A DNA stretch of 62,649 nt, counting the filler, from Choristocarpus tenellus KU-1152 (Eukaryota; Protista; Phaeophyceae), in the NCBI GenBank assembly GCA_964200185.2. It is 13 parts of 13 records of this genome, joined end to end, with 100 filler letters (N's around TTAATTAATTAA, not from the genome) between each part and the next. Parts side by side here need not be neighbours in the genome. Positions count along the whole stretch, not along the records: positions 25,290 to 28,026 come from CAXNAD020025180.1; positions 28,127 to 39,183 come from CAXNAD020002535.1; 11 more parts are not named here. The stretch is one strand, 5' to 3'. Positions 25,696 to 39,283 of this stretch are shown in pieces; position 1 is the first letter of the stretch; each line of letters opens with the position of its first letter. Position numbers and translations under genes: made by a program. The notes below the pieces were generated by a model that did no database searches, had not been told where the DNA came from, and saw only the letters and a program-made list of their open reading frames with translations.

Positions 25696-26813
25696 TTCAA
25701 CCCTAAATCTAGAGCGATGAAAAGTTGACTTGCCCAGACCTCACAAAAGACAACTTAGAGACTGACCCCTAACTTGTCCAAACCCCAACCAGCTCCATAT
25801 GCTCAATGCCCCTATTTCGCAAAATTGAAAACATGCCACCTTCAGAATACCTCAATTACACCATGGTTCTCGGAATAGGGAGCCCCCACAACAATGATGT
25901 TGTATGTGGCATCCACAGATACACTATGCCCAAAGGCATCTTGTCCATTTGTGTCTGAACCTATAAGTTTCTAAGGCACAACAGGGTTGTCACAGTCACA
26001 GTAGAGGGAGCAAGCATCGGAACAATGGGTTGGTTGGATCGAGCTTGTGTCTTGGCCTGATGGGAATTGGGTAGTCTGGTGGTGTGGCAGGTATGAAAAA
26101 CCCTTGTATGGGGCGACCTAAAGTTCAGTGCGGTATAGAAGAACCATGCCCAAGGGTTTTTGATTGGATAGTGCAACAAAAAGAAAGAAGTCGATGAGTA
26201 GATTAAACAATCAAAAAGATACTGGCAGAGGGGAAGATGAATCGTTAATCTCTATGTATACTACAACAAAAAACAGTAACACTGCTATTCCACAGCTTTG
26301 TTTTATAAATCCAAGCAGAAAAAGTGGTTAGACTTGGTAGGGCATCATTAAAATAGATAGATACTGCAATTGCTCTGACTGTTCAATTACTGATGGCAGC
26401 ACTAGAGCTATTTTTAAATGGTTCAGTCATCTCTGTGCTACAGGAAGCATCCAAAAATGTTCAACATGCTGAGATATACACCTGGTCTACTCAACCCAAT
26501 AAGAATCCCCTGCACGAACAGGGACAACCAGCTGGGGTTTTTTTCAGCATTCATACCCCTGTGTATACACACCCCCATACCAAGGAGATACGGTGAAACA
26601 AAACAGTCAACTCCTAGTATCTTATTAATAACACTCATAAACAGGACTTGCTATTTTTTGTGTCCAACAATATCCACTTTTGTTAGGGTGATCATCTTGA
26701 AGAGTTCCTGTTTCAAAATAAGCAGTTTATTGTCTCATTGCCTCTTTGCCCTCATTACTCCATTTTGTTTATGTGGTTGTGTGTAGTATTTCCTTCCTCT
26801 GCAAATTACTTGC

Positions 26814-27654
26814 CTGTTCCTCTTTCCAGACAGAATCTTCAGAATTGGTGTTCCTGCTGAACACGTATGCTGCACCTGCTCCATCTCCATAGGAGCCCAT
26901 ACGCTTGCCCTCCCATGATGCATAGTCCATAGCCCCACCTACGTGAGTCCAAGTATTTGAGGGGTACCCAAAGATGCATTTCAAGGATGCTGACAAATGT
27001 GTACAAAATTGACTGCTTTTACAACTGTGCATAGGACATTTTCTAAACTGCATCGAAAAGGTTCTAAACAACATAAAACTAAATAAAATGAATAAACGCT
27101 TTCTGGTCAAACATAAAACTCCATCCATAAAAAATGGGTGAATTGAAAAAGAGAGAAAAACAGAGACATAAAATCCCAAACCGTCAAAACCTAGGTACCT
27201 CTTGCATACTTTGGGTCTTGGCATGATTACAAGGGCGAGAACAAATATATGTACTTTGTGTCTCGGCCATATGTAGGGGTGCTCTGCTTGGCATGGGGAA
27301 GGCCTTTTATTTCTGCACTGCAGTACTACAGTTGTGCTAAAGCAGTGGATATACCCTTCAAATCTAACAAACAAAATTATTGCACAGAAGATGCTAAGCA
27401 TACCCTTCAACATTAAGTGCACTGTTGAAACATAGGACATCCCATAGTGTAGCAGTAGGTAAAGTCCAGCCTCCATATGTCAAACACTTGTAGCTGTCTG
27501 AGATACAGACACACTTCATATCACACTACTTACCGTAACGATATGAAATTTCCACATCTGCTCCTGAGCCCCGGATGAGGCTAGAGTCGACAATCATTGG
27601 AGGGAGGTTTCCCATGTTATCTTCAACAAATCCAAAGTCAGTAGGTTTCCGAAC
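26814..27654 (-). CDS. FG-GAP repeat-containing protein, two internal exons
   Basis: Exons 27654-27534 (FVEDNMGNLPPMIVDSSLIRGSGADVEI) and 26938-26814 (GAMDY...GDGAGAAYVFSRNTNSEDSVWKEEQ, FG-GAP-type GAAYVF..W motif) join in phase 1. The second donor is GC (CAG|gcaagt). Confidence 0.72.
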
Positions 27655-27786
27655 CTAAGTGGATGTGAAGGGAAAAAAGGAGGAGTGTCTCTTAGTATCA
27701 CCAACAGTTGGACAAAATGGATGGATGTGTCTATTGAGATACAAGAAGGCCAATGCGATTATCTTTTCATTATATCTCTTTGTTCT

Positions 27787-27970
27787 GGGTCAAAGTATCT
27801 AGGGGGAGGGGGGTGGCGGCTGTCCATTTGGGGTCAATTTTTCATATCACGATTTTTGGGTGATTTGGTTGCATAGGTCTGATGGATAATATAAATGCAC
27901 TTTTCCTAATTTTGACCCAAATGGACACCCTGGTGTAGTCCTCCCCCCCCCCCCCCCCATACTTTTGGTC
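27787..27970 (+). mobile_element. MITE family B, full copy, 3-bp TSD TCT
   Basis: tct|gggtcaaagtatct-polyG ... polyC-atacttttggtc|tct. Confidence 0.9.
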
Positions 27971-28642
27971 TCTAGGGGGGGCTACGCGGTCTGGGATTAT
28001 TTGGGGGGGTGTCAAAGTTTCACCCTNNNNNNNNNNNNNNNNNNNNNNNNNNNNNNNNNNNNNNNNNNNNTTAATTAATTAANNNNNNNNNNNNNNNNNN
28101 NNNNNNNNNNNNNNNNNNNNNNNNNNGTGAAAGAGAGCAAGGTATGTATTGAGAGAGCACAGTGGGGGCTGCTTTTGAGGTGGGGATGCCCAAGGCTATG
28201 GGAGGTTGTGTCTTTACCATATTTTTCTACCCTCCTACATTTCATTGATTCGGATCTTGCTTTGCTTTCCACTACACCCCCTCATGTTGCCACCTGTCCA
28301 GTGTAATTGTCCATCACCTGTTGCACGTATTTGGTCCTCCTGCTCTCTCTACTTCCATGAGTTGCTTCCTTTCCTCCTAACCTGCTCAACCTATGTAGAC
28401 CCCTATGTGCCAAGATGTACATGAGTTGGGGCACAATATCATGGAGTGTGCAGCCATGCAGAAGAATAGTGCTGTCTTACCACCTTTCATCCTCACACAT
28501 ACAGACATACACCACATTCATTCATGTCTCTCTGTAGAGTATGTCTTGCATCACTGACCCCATGCCTATCTCTTTTCCCCTTAACAACATCCGCTAACAT
28601 AATCGCAAATTATTCTGTTTTTGGGTGCAACACTGCTTGCAG

Positions 28643-31600
28643 AGCTGGAAGGGGGTGGATGGGCCGATGCGATTTGGACACCTCCAAGGGTATGACCAAG
28701 GCCCAGGCAGAGGAGCGTGCGGGGTGGGACTTTGGAAGTTATTACCAACTTGCTGGGGGTTCCAGGGGTGGGGAGGACGATACAGTGAGTTTTTTGAGGT
28801 AGAGGACTGATTGCTTGGTCAAGATCAGGAATGTAAATATAGGAGTGATAAGAGTTGGTGGAACGGTATGACTAGCTGTGAAAGAAACTGGTGACAGTAT
28901 GCAGTATTGACCAAATACTGTAAACGTTATATTTTTTAAATTGGTGGTATACCTTGCAATGTCATACCAATCCACCGATACCCCCAATATCTGGTTCGCG
29001 GAATCTCCAATTTCTCCTCAAAAACGGCACACACCCGATTTTTCGGTGATATTGACTTCCCTGATCAAGGCAGGGGCGGTGGTGAAGGCCGAAATGTACA
29101 GGTGAAGTGGTGTGCTGTCTATGAATTATCGAAACTGGTGAGGTGGGTAGGAGCAGGTCATTGACTACCAATGGTGGGAGTAATAGGGTATACCCGGGAA
29201 AAGATCGTAAGATCAGGAGACACATACACACCACAACAGTTGTTCACAGGTTGTGTACATGTAAGAATTCAAGTAGCTGCACACTCTTGGGTGAGTGCCA
29301 ATTGCTATTCCTAATTGCATCAGCGGAAAGAGAATGCTCCTGCCCCCCATTCAAGCAGTAGACACCAAATAACAGACTGGTAATCTGCAGTATATTCAAC
29401 CAAACAGAGTCACTGAAGCTCAAGCCCTTCTCAGGTTTGTGTTTCGTTTGGGACAGCATTCGTCCTCCCAAAGCTTTGCATGCTTTCATCATGGTTTTGA
29501 TCCTTTACAGAAAGAGGGTTGCATTCGTTTTTCTAGTGTTAATCACTTTGAAGAAAAAAAAAGGTTGTTGTGTCTCTTCCTTCCATGATAAATAGTGTTG
29601 AAGAAGGTACTCCAATATCGCAGCAGTTTTTAATGTTGGGACCGGAGAGGATAGATGGCCAGAAGTTAATCATGTTGGTGTTGGTGGAGGAGTCTCTACA
29701 ACTTTTTTGGTTAATGTACCATATAATGAGGAGCAAGTCAGTGGACAGTCTAGCGTGCCAAGAGCGTGTTTTCTAAGATGCTCTTCATCTCTCCTCTGTT
29801 GAACTGATAAGGTTGATTCTTCCTCACTATTATAAGTTGTAAATGCAAGGATGAATGTTTTTTTTTGCGGACTGATGACTGGTAAAGTTGCAATGCCTTC
29901 CACCAAAAAAATCGTCCCCCGTCCTCAGGCACCTTTCAACTTGCATATCTCTATTGTCCCCTTCCCCACCTCCCCTGCCTCGTATGACCCCTCTACCATT
30001 TCTCTTGTCCCTCATTGCAGGACGATAGGGAAGAAGAGCATTCTGGTGAAGACAGCGGTGGTGTGACTGATGAATCAGGTGTCCGCTTCGATGCACGAAG
30101 GGAAGGGGAAGAGGGGTGGAGGTCAGGGGCCATCAGTTCCCATGTCCCTAGTGGTAAGAAGATAGTGGTTCCTAGTTGTAGGTTCTAAGAGATGCATTTC
30201 TTCATAGTTAGGTTTCCTGTCACTGCCAGTTTGTCACTCTCTTGCTTCTTGTTTATGTATTATTTCCAATTCAATACAAGGTGTGACAACATGGGTACTG
30301 TCATTACCAGATATAGAGAGGAGGTGTGATGTTGAGCTTGTTATATAATATTTTTATTACAACTTCTGGGGTGAACGGTGTGAAGGAATATGGAGAACTG
30401 GGGCAACAGCAGCAAGTATTGTGAACATTTGTGGTGCTGATGGGTGGTTGATATGATACTGCAAGTACATGGTATTTACTTATCTGATTACCCAACCCCT
30501 CTCTTCTTTTGGTATTGTATAGTATAGAAAGTGTTATCCTTTTTTAGTATTTAACCTACTGCAAAAAGCTGTGTAGACCTTGCTTTGGATGATGGAGATC
30601 AGAAGGCACAATTGCCCAATCAATGAGATGGCTTGTCTGTCTTAAGTGGTAGGTGCTGCTCATACCTCCCCATGTTCTGAGAAACACGTGAATCCTCATT
30701 TGGTGTGTACCTATTACGATGTTGTCCAGATCCACAATTTCTTATCTTCCCTGTATTACTTTCACCTCACAATGAATCGCTGTACCTATCTTTTCCTACC
30801 CCCTTTGTGGCCTTGTCTTCTTCAAACTTTGAACCGATGTGTGTGTTCGTGTTTGTTTCCATGCTCATGTACGAATAGTATCAATGTCATCCTTCACTGC
30901 TGAAGAGGACTACTGGGACCGGATGGAGCGACTGGAAGCTGAGGCTGAGGGCAGAGGCAGAGGCAGTGGCAGTAGCGGTGGCAGTGGTAGTAGTGGTAAC
31001 AATGGTTGGGTTGGGAGCAAGGTGCGTGCATGTAATGTGTAGATATTTATCTGTGCTCTGCCAATACTTGCACGCACTGAAGGACCTATGAGGCACAGGA
31101 TTGCTTTTACAATGCCCCCAAAACGCCTGATGTCCAACTTCGTGCTCAAACACTGACCAACAATGGAAGGTAATGCTTCACAAGTACGTTGGTTCTGGAG
31201 CATGCATTCTCTTCCTCCGACTGAGTGTCCCTTCCATCTTCTTCGCCTTACCTTTAACCACAGCCTCAACTCACAATCTGTTTCTCTCCGAAATAGAAGA
31301 GTTCCTTTCCATTTCCTTCCCTTTCCCCTCCCCTTTTGAAAATTTCACCAGAAAAGCATTCAACATTTCACCATTTTATTGCCCTAAGTATTGTACAGTT
31401 TAGCCCGTATTCCTGTGAACAAAGGCTTGGGAGAACACACACATGAAATCCAAAGCTTCATTTCTCCTTCCTACCTGAACATCTCGCCCACAGATTTCAA
31501 ATATATCGACCACATGAAACGCCAAAGCTCATTCTCTCGTTCGTTTTTATGCATCCACCATGACTCCCTTCACAACTGCTTACCACATCTGATACCCCAC

Positions 31601-32627
31601 ACCTCGTCCTACTCTTACGTTCTCTTCAAACTGTTTCTGTCTTTACCAGGCTAAGCGCCCAGCCGTCCACTCTCCACTTGCTTTACAACCCCGCACGAAG
31701 AGGTCAACCTTATCCCTGAAGAGTACACCCAGCCGCAACGTTGCTGGCAATTGCATGGGCAGAGTCATTGAGAGGAACACATGCACAGGCAAGGAACGTG
31801 GTGGGGGTGGGGACACTACTACATCCCGAACATGTTCAGCAAAGGAAATAATGCTGGTAAAGAACCGTGATCGTTCCCTTGGCAAAAGAGGTATGGCTGG
31901 ATTGGGCCCATCTGCCAAGCAATCACTTGTACAAAGACATGGGCAAGAGGTAGGGGGACGTAGTTCAAGTGGAGTGGAGAAGAGCCCAACATTGGGGTAT
32001 GGAAGTTTGTCTGGCTCACAGAAGGACAAAGAAATGAGTACCAGAACAAAACTCTGGGCAAGAAAGGGAGATAGACATTGCAAGAATACAGACATGCCGC
32101 AACCATTGGTTGGGCTGGGATCAAGGATAGGTCAGAGAGAGGGAACATTGCAAGGGCATGAGGGGACCAGCTCAGCGAAGCAAAAGGCTGAGCCGAAACT
32201 AAAATCGACCCCTCAAATGATGACGGACGTGCTGAGCAAACTGCTGAGCCCTAACCAGGGGTTGACTTCGGGGAAGGCAGGAGACATGGGATGTATTTCG
32301 AACGCTCCCTTGAAGAAAACAAGGCTTGAGGCTGACACAAAACCTGCGTCCTCTACTACAACTGTAGATTTGACAGGGCAAAGTGTTAGCCAAACACCTC
32401 TGCAGCGGAGGAGGGCAAAGGAAAAGGGGAGTAAAGAAGGGAGGGGTAAGGAGTCTTCAGGTCAGTCATTGGAGTCAACTCGTCAAAAGAAAAGTGTGCC
32501 CCCATTCCTACCAGGCCCGCAGAGATTGGGCAGGGGTGAGATGGAGGCATGGGCAGGGGGAGGGGTGAGCAGAAGGACAGGACAAAGAGATAAGGGCAGA
32601 GGGCAGTCGGGGAGGACTAGCAAGTAA
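28643..32627 (+). CDS. Hypothetical low-complexity (G/S/E/R/K-rich) protein, last four exons
   Basis: Exons 28643-28784, 30021-30153, 30879-31021 and 31650-32627 have GT-AG sites and matching phases (0, 1, 0). The last exon is a 978-nt open frame ending in TAA. No domain recognised. Confidence 0.75.
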
Positions 32628-35600
32628 ACACTAGTCAATAGAGCTGTCACCTGCAGGTACTCCAATGTAGCCACAAACTGATGCCGCTGGTTGATTAGGT
32701 TCCAAGTTGCGCGCTAGTTGTACTACTCCAAAAAAATATTTATTCAGTATCATTTTTGCAGGTATTGTCAAGAACGAGACAGAGATAGAAGACAAGACAT
32801 AGCATTATGTTGTGCAAAATTTCTGTGGACGTTTGTTGTATTACACTACTGATCTTCCAATGCAGGTTTTAGTGTTGACAGGCATTGTTAAGGTGAAATA
32901 GTATAGAAAAAAGGAATTAAACCTACAGAAGACCCAAGGACTGGGTGTCGAAATATCTCGCAGGGAAATGGTAGAAGATTGGCATTTGTGAATCGCCATC
33001 CCTCCACCTCTAAACACTGAAGAGTAAGCCCGGCAGAATGTGGAACCTCGTGTTTCACCAAGAAGCTATGTGCGAGTGCTCCCAGTGCCTATTCAAGTTT
33101 ATTGTGAGTCTGACTTTTATGTGGTTATTTTCCGCTGTTCTCAACAACCGAAATTATTACCATAAATCCCTGTTCGGTGTAATCTCTGTCCATTATGTTG
33201 TTTCAATCGTTGTCATACTCCATACGCCATTTGTAATAGTTTATTCTGATACAGTACAGCAGTGGATCAAGACATTTACTCAAAGCAATTTTAGTAAGAT
33301 GACTGGCTTGGAAGCTCCTTGCTGACTGTTACAACCCCTTGTATCTGATGATTGTGATTTTCATGTTTTCGGTGGTTCTATTTACTTCCACACGTCCAGA
33401 ACATGTTTGTGAGGTGTTGGTCGTTCATAAGTAAGTTGTGTCGAGACTGTTATACCAGGACTAGATAAGCAGTTTCTCACAACTTCATGTAGTAGTGGAA
33501 GCACTGATTCAGACCATCAGGTAAAGAGAACACCTACGGATATTGTGTGCCGGGTATTGTGCATTGTACAATGTTGACTGAATAAGTATGGAGAGGAAGA
33601 GATGCGCGATATATGTGCTACCTCGTATGATGTTGGATAACTACCATCCGTTATACAAAAAGGGGAAATTGGTATCACCGTTTCGGGCAGGAGTCGCCTT
33701 AACAGGAGGGTACAGGGCCTGGCCAATATCCCTTCTTGGTCATGATGGTCCATGTATGCACTGCTTATCTTGTGGACGTGGGAAGGGGTAGTGGTGAGAG
33801 GCTTATGTGACCTCTGGTGCAATGTACAGTGAAAGGAAGCTGCTTAAGTTCCTGCTGTTCTTTGTAAAACTGGAGGGTCACTGGTTTACACCCAAGAAAG
33901 GAATCACCAACACTTTGGGAAAGTTTGTCAAGTGGCTGGGCGAGGATCAGTGCAACTTCATTCACCCCAACATCCCAAACTTTTTTGTCCTCCTCTTGAT
34001 TAGAGGGCAAACAACATTGACAGAAGAGAGGCGCTCTTTTTGTCAATTTGCACTATATGACGCGTGATAATGACATGTGGAAGACAGAAGTGATGCTCTA
34101 TCCAACAATATATTTACCCTCATGTGTGTAGCATTAGGCAGCCTCTAGGACAACCAGTAATATAGATGTGCGCCTCCACACAGGTCCAAATAACTGAACC
34201 CAAAACAGTTGGTGAAGCCAAGCTTGTCAAAATGGAGCAACAATCTTGACAGGAACCAAACGAGTGATGCGAAGACTGATAATGGAGTAGAAACAGTTGA
34301 GTAATTGGCGAATCATCACCTTATCCCAGAGGTAGAAGTAAGAATTTGAAGTTTGCATACCTATCCCTTGTGCTTGCTGTGTGGCGAGACCGTCAAATAT
34401 TCCACCATAAAGGTATGGAGGTTAAACTACAAGGGTAAAAGGATCCCTTGTAGTGACTGTACTTGTAGGTGTTGGCTGCAGCAGTAGGGACACTCTTATG
34501 TAATGACAATTCTTCTATGTTGTAGTCAACTTGGAAGTCAGAGCTCACATCAAGGAGACACTTTTCACACTAGGGGGCAGTAATGCTTGCGTCAGATAAT
34601 ATGGAATACATCATTTATATGCAGAAATTCCGTTCAATGGTGAAGGTACTCTTATCCTTCAGAGTGAAAGGGAAACTCATTCATCTGCAGACACTGCCTA
34701 GCTGTCTGACTATCAGCTTGTGCCTCCGCACTTTCCCTACAGTGCAAGGGCAAGTGCACGTGCCTATTACCCGCATCTAGCTTTCTACATCCAACCACCA
34801 CCAACTTTATAGTACCTACCAACTCTACCCCAAAAGATAGGGTGACCAAAAAGGCGGATTTCTGGATATGGGATCCACCTTCCTGGTTTGGGGGGTTGTG
34901 GGGTTGCCCACACATTTGCCCCTTTCTCGTACTGACTCCTTTGGCGCACTGTAGTTACAGTCAAACACTCTCTTTCAGATCTCAAATCCGCCGGGAGGTA
35001 AGGTAGCTGGGTGTGTTGATGAGCTTCGCGCAGGAAAGGCTCATCGCCATGAACTGCTGGTGGGTTACATATTTAACATGCACTATATATATTATCCGAT
35101 GGGCTTCTGTCTTATCCATTTCCTAACGTGCGATCAAAGACTGACTTATCATACCGCTATGCACGTTACTGCTCTGTATATTGTACTAAACTAAAGATAA
35201 ACGTACATGAAACTGAAGTACTGTGTTATATGCTTGTATCAGGACACACAGCTTATGCGAAACACCATCTATTGCGACAGTATGAACTCAAGTAAGGCAT
35301 CGAAGTGGATCCCATTGGGGAGATAAGTGATCTCGGGCTGTGTCCGTCCGCCTTGTTGTCTTTCCCTATCATGCAACGCCAGGGTGTGAACTTCTGGGAT
35401 TGCGCCAAAGGGGTGGCATCACCCCAGTGTACCCAACCTTGGTTGATAATCGAGGAAAGGGGTACATGGAGGACATGACGAGGAAGGGAAGGAGGGTCAC
35501 CAGAATAGGAACTTGAGGATAACCGAAGAAGTCGACGGTCTCAATTGTCTACCGCACTTTGTTCTGAGTAGTGAATAGTATCATACACAATCAACCTCCT

Positions 35601-35902
35601 GGAGAGTGGTGGAGATCATACAAAAAAACAGACCACTACTAAGAGCGTGTGTCTGGTCCTGGTACTGAGGGTGGGTGCTATTTTTTGCATACAAAGAAGT
35701 AGTCACCCCATGTCACAAATTATGCCAACAGGGGGGGGCGACAGGACAAAAACTCCTAGGGGGGTACAAGCAACCCAGCAAGGGTTGGTGGGCGTTTGTT
35801 GAGAGCGATGATGAACTGGTCACAGATACCCACATTTGGAGGGAAATGTCGTCACTGTGGGAAAGACATCCATAATATGTCGAAAGATTATACGGTAAGA
35901 CT

Positions 35903-36081
35903 GGTTGAAAGTATCTGGGAGGGGGGGTGGCTGTCCATTTAGGGTCAATTTTTTTCATGTCGCGATTTTTGAGTGATTTGGTTGCATGCGTCGGATGGAT
36001 AATGTAAATGCATTTTTGCCGATCTTGCCCCAAATGGACACCCTGGTGTAGACCCCCCCCCCCCCACAAATACTTTGGGTC
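35903..36081 (+). mobile_element. MITE family B, full copy, 3-bp TSD ACT
   Basis: act|ggttgaaagtatctggg ... caaatactttgggtc|act. Confidence 0.9.
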
Positions 36082-38910
36082 ACTGAGGGAGGTGAAAGAG
36101 AAGGAGAGAAGGGCCGAGGAGAAAAATGATACAGCACCACTCAAGAGGCACAGATTCAACTTAGTGAGTCGGTCTCGTTCAGACCAAAACGACATGGGAC
36201 ACACGGCTGCACATCCAGATAGAACGTAGTTGGCGAGTTTAAGAAAGGTGGAAAACTGAGAAATTTCATTGATCACAGTGGTGCAAGTTTACAAATTGTT
36301 ACCACTCAAGATGGTATGGCTAACTTCAGTTATTGCACAGATGCGGTGGCTGTTGGGGGTGCAAGGTATGTCAACATTTTGGGGGTTTGTGAACTCCAAG
36401 AAGAAATATTGTTTTCACTCTGACCAATGTGTTGTTAGTATTCCACCTTGTCATCTCCCAGAACGTTGCCATCATACCTAATGCCCTGATACCCCGTTTA
36501 GTGGAGAAAATATATACCCCCAATGGCGAGGCCACCAACACGTCACTCAGGGCGAAACCAATCTGTTCTCCATGATGTCCACACTACTGGAAGTTCCTGA
36601 CTCCCAATACCTTTGTTTCTTATTCTACTCTACACATTCAATCTTACTTGCTTTTCTCAACCACTCTTTCCATGTCATACCAAAACTTTGTGCCGAAGAC
36701 TGACTTCTTACCCTGCATTACTTCCTCCTACTTGTATTGTAATTCACTACAAGTACAAAACCCGACTGCACCGTCCACTATCACACAAAGAGTTAATAGC
36801 ACAAATCCCCAACTACTGTTTGACAAATGTTGATATGTGGGGAACAGTCTCCATCGTCCACTTAGCTGCAAGGACAATCAAGCCTTGATGCCCACTTGAG
36901 CAGGTAACCAAGGAGTGGATCCTGGCGTTATCCAGAAATAAAGGCTGGGCCATCAGGGAGTAAATGTCCATCCAGAGGAGGCATTATCAAATCCATGATT
37001 TTCCCTCCAAACTCCCGAGAGAGCTTGGCAAACTACAAGAGATCCTCCTCCCACTTCCGTGGATGGGGGAAAGAAACCATTCTGTGGAATATTGATTGCA
37101 TTGAGAAAAAGGGACATAAAGCCAGATAAGCTGTGATAGATTAACCATTATGGATGATCCAGGCATTGAGGGTGGTATGGGTTGCCTGGGGTGCAGGGAT
37201 GTGGTGGCGGGGCCATGGGGTGGCGGGGTCATGGACCAGGTAAGAGGCAGTCAGCCAACGGGGCAAGGTCTTGCTACTACTCTTAATCAGGATACAGGAG
37301 TTTGGGGTTCAAAGTGGTGGTGGGCAGCGAGATGGAGACGAGACTGAAAGGTGGGACAGTAAAGGAACCTCAGGTGGCATTCTTGGGCATAAAGGGACCA
37401 ACTGAGTGTTTGGATATGAACGTACGCTCAAGTGCATGGAGAATGAGAAAGAATTTGGGGCACAGCATGTGGGGCATGGGATGAGACATAATTTGGAATG
37501 GAAACGGAGGAAGAGATCAGAGGAATTGTAAGGGTGAACAGAGGAAGGCCAAAGGGTCCCAGTGGTACCTCTTGTATGAACGAAGGCACCAGTGGATGCC
37601 CTGTCTCTAGCGAGTTTCCAAGTGTTGCCGACCCTTGCTGCATTTGTGCAGGACACGGAGTTCCCATCCCCCACAAAACTATCAACCATCTCGTGGTTCC
37701 TCTCCAAACCTCCACAAAATATCTGCTTAACTCCTCCAAGGATCGCCAGCTGATCCTACGCCCCTGGAACGGCCAGGAGAATGGTAAGCCTGACAGATGC
37801 CCTCCCTCCTTGGATGGAGATGGGAATCCCCGAGTGTGTCCTGTTCAACAACAAGGTTGGTAGGCCACTGTTGGCATCACCATCACCCAGAGAGGCTTCA
37901 CCATTCCCCACACATCCACCGGTTCTGTCTACCACTGTCATCTCCTTCTATTGGAGTCCCTTCCCAAATGAAACGCCCACCCACAACAAGTATGCAGCAG
38001 ATATAATTCATTCTCAAATCACATTTCGATAATATTGCAGTACAGCATTCACATTGACTTCTGATAGGCTGCAACCCTCCTCTCCAGTAGTAGTATGGAA
38101 GGGTTTTATGAGTAATGTATGCGGCACAGGCAACCGATAGCACACTTCTAGATCACCTCCATTGTGCTAGTCTTGGAGTGACTTCTACTGCGTGTGTCAT
38201 CACATTCTCTTTGCTCTTGGAAGAAATGGAATCAAATAGGTTCCTAATGTGGATGGAGTTGGTTTCTTATTTTTCAAATATACTAAACCTACTGTTTGTG
38301 AATCGGAAAGCCTCTATTGTACATAATGCAGGATCAATTGAGTTTTGTATTTATTCAGTTGCTTTATTGTATTTAAACTACAGAAAATCAATATATTCAT
38401 TCTTTTCATTCACAACGAATAGAACTCTACAAGCCTCACCTTCCATAATTTTCCATATCCTTGCACGCATCATCACCACTCTCTGTGTCCAAGACCATCC
38501 CCCTGGAGGCAGTAAAAGGCGAGGTGTAGTGAGTAGCACTGGCAGACCTTTGGGGGGATGCAAGTTTAGTCCTGAAAGTTTAGGTCCAGGTGCAGATGAT
38601 AAATATCAACAAGGTTTAGAAAAAGGGTGAGAACATAAATCGAGGTATTTTCCTTACAGGGCAGTACCCAGGGGTGATGTTCTGTGGCAATGGAAAGGTA
38701 GGTGAGGGTATGAACGGGACAAAGGACAATGCTGACACTAACTTTACAATATGATAGGGCTACACCAAATCTCAAATGATGTGTTCTGGAGCATTGCTAT
38801 GGATACACCATTGGGAGTACAAAAAGGAGCGAAGTCATTGACATCTTCTCAATAAAATCTATGGTGTGGCGTAGGAGCTATCACATAGTACCACCCTAGT
38901 TGGTGGTACT

Positions 38911-39142
38911 AATAGGTAGAGTTTGTGGAATAGATTAACAACTTGTCAGCTTCAAGTCGCTTACGTTGCTTTGAATGTTGCAGCCAGAGTATTCATTAGT
39001 TTAGTTGGGTATATCAGTTATCGCCTCTGCCCCATTGAAACGAATGGGGATGTCTCCCATACTGTGCTCATCAACCAATCAACTGGAAGCTTTCAATAGG
39101 TAGAGTTTGTAGAATAGATTAACAACTTGTCAGCTTCAAGTC
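38911..39142. repeat. 48-bp direct repeat pair
   Basis: aataggtagagtttgt(g/a)gaatagattaacaacttgtcagcttcaagtc at 38911-38958 and 39095-39142. Confidence 0.9.
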
Positions 39143-39148
39143 ACTAAT

Positions 39149-39183
39149 GACCCAAAGTATCTGGGAGGGGGGGGGGTCTACAC
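39149..39183 (-). mobile_element. MITE family B, right end only (contig edge)
   Basis: gacccaaagtatctggga-polyG-tctacac. Confidence 0.85.
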
Positions 39184-39283
39184 NNNNNNNNNNNNNNNNN
39201 NNNNNNNNNNNNNNNNNNNNNNNNNNNTTAATTAATTAANNNNNNNNNNNNNNNNNNNNNNNNNNNNNNNNNNNNNNNNNNNN

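Noticed and set aside
26769-27476. 235-aa ORF as a single-exon gene
   Set aside because: Only 26938-26814 looks coding and is bounded by splice sites. The rest reads as intron.
33500-38800. Many short ORFs as genes or a DIRS-type element
   Set aside because: No recognisable RT, tyrosine recombinase or other motif and no consistent exon chain. Probably old repeat debris.
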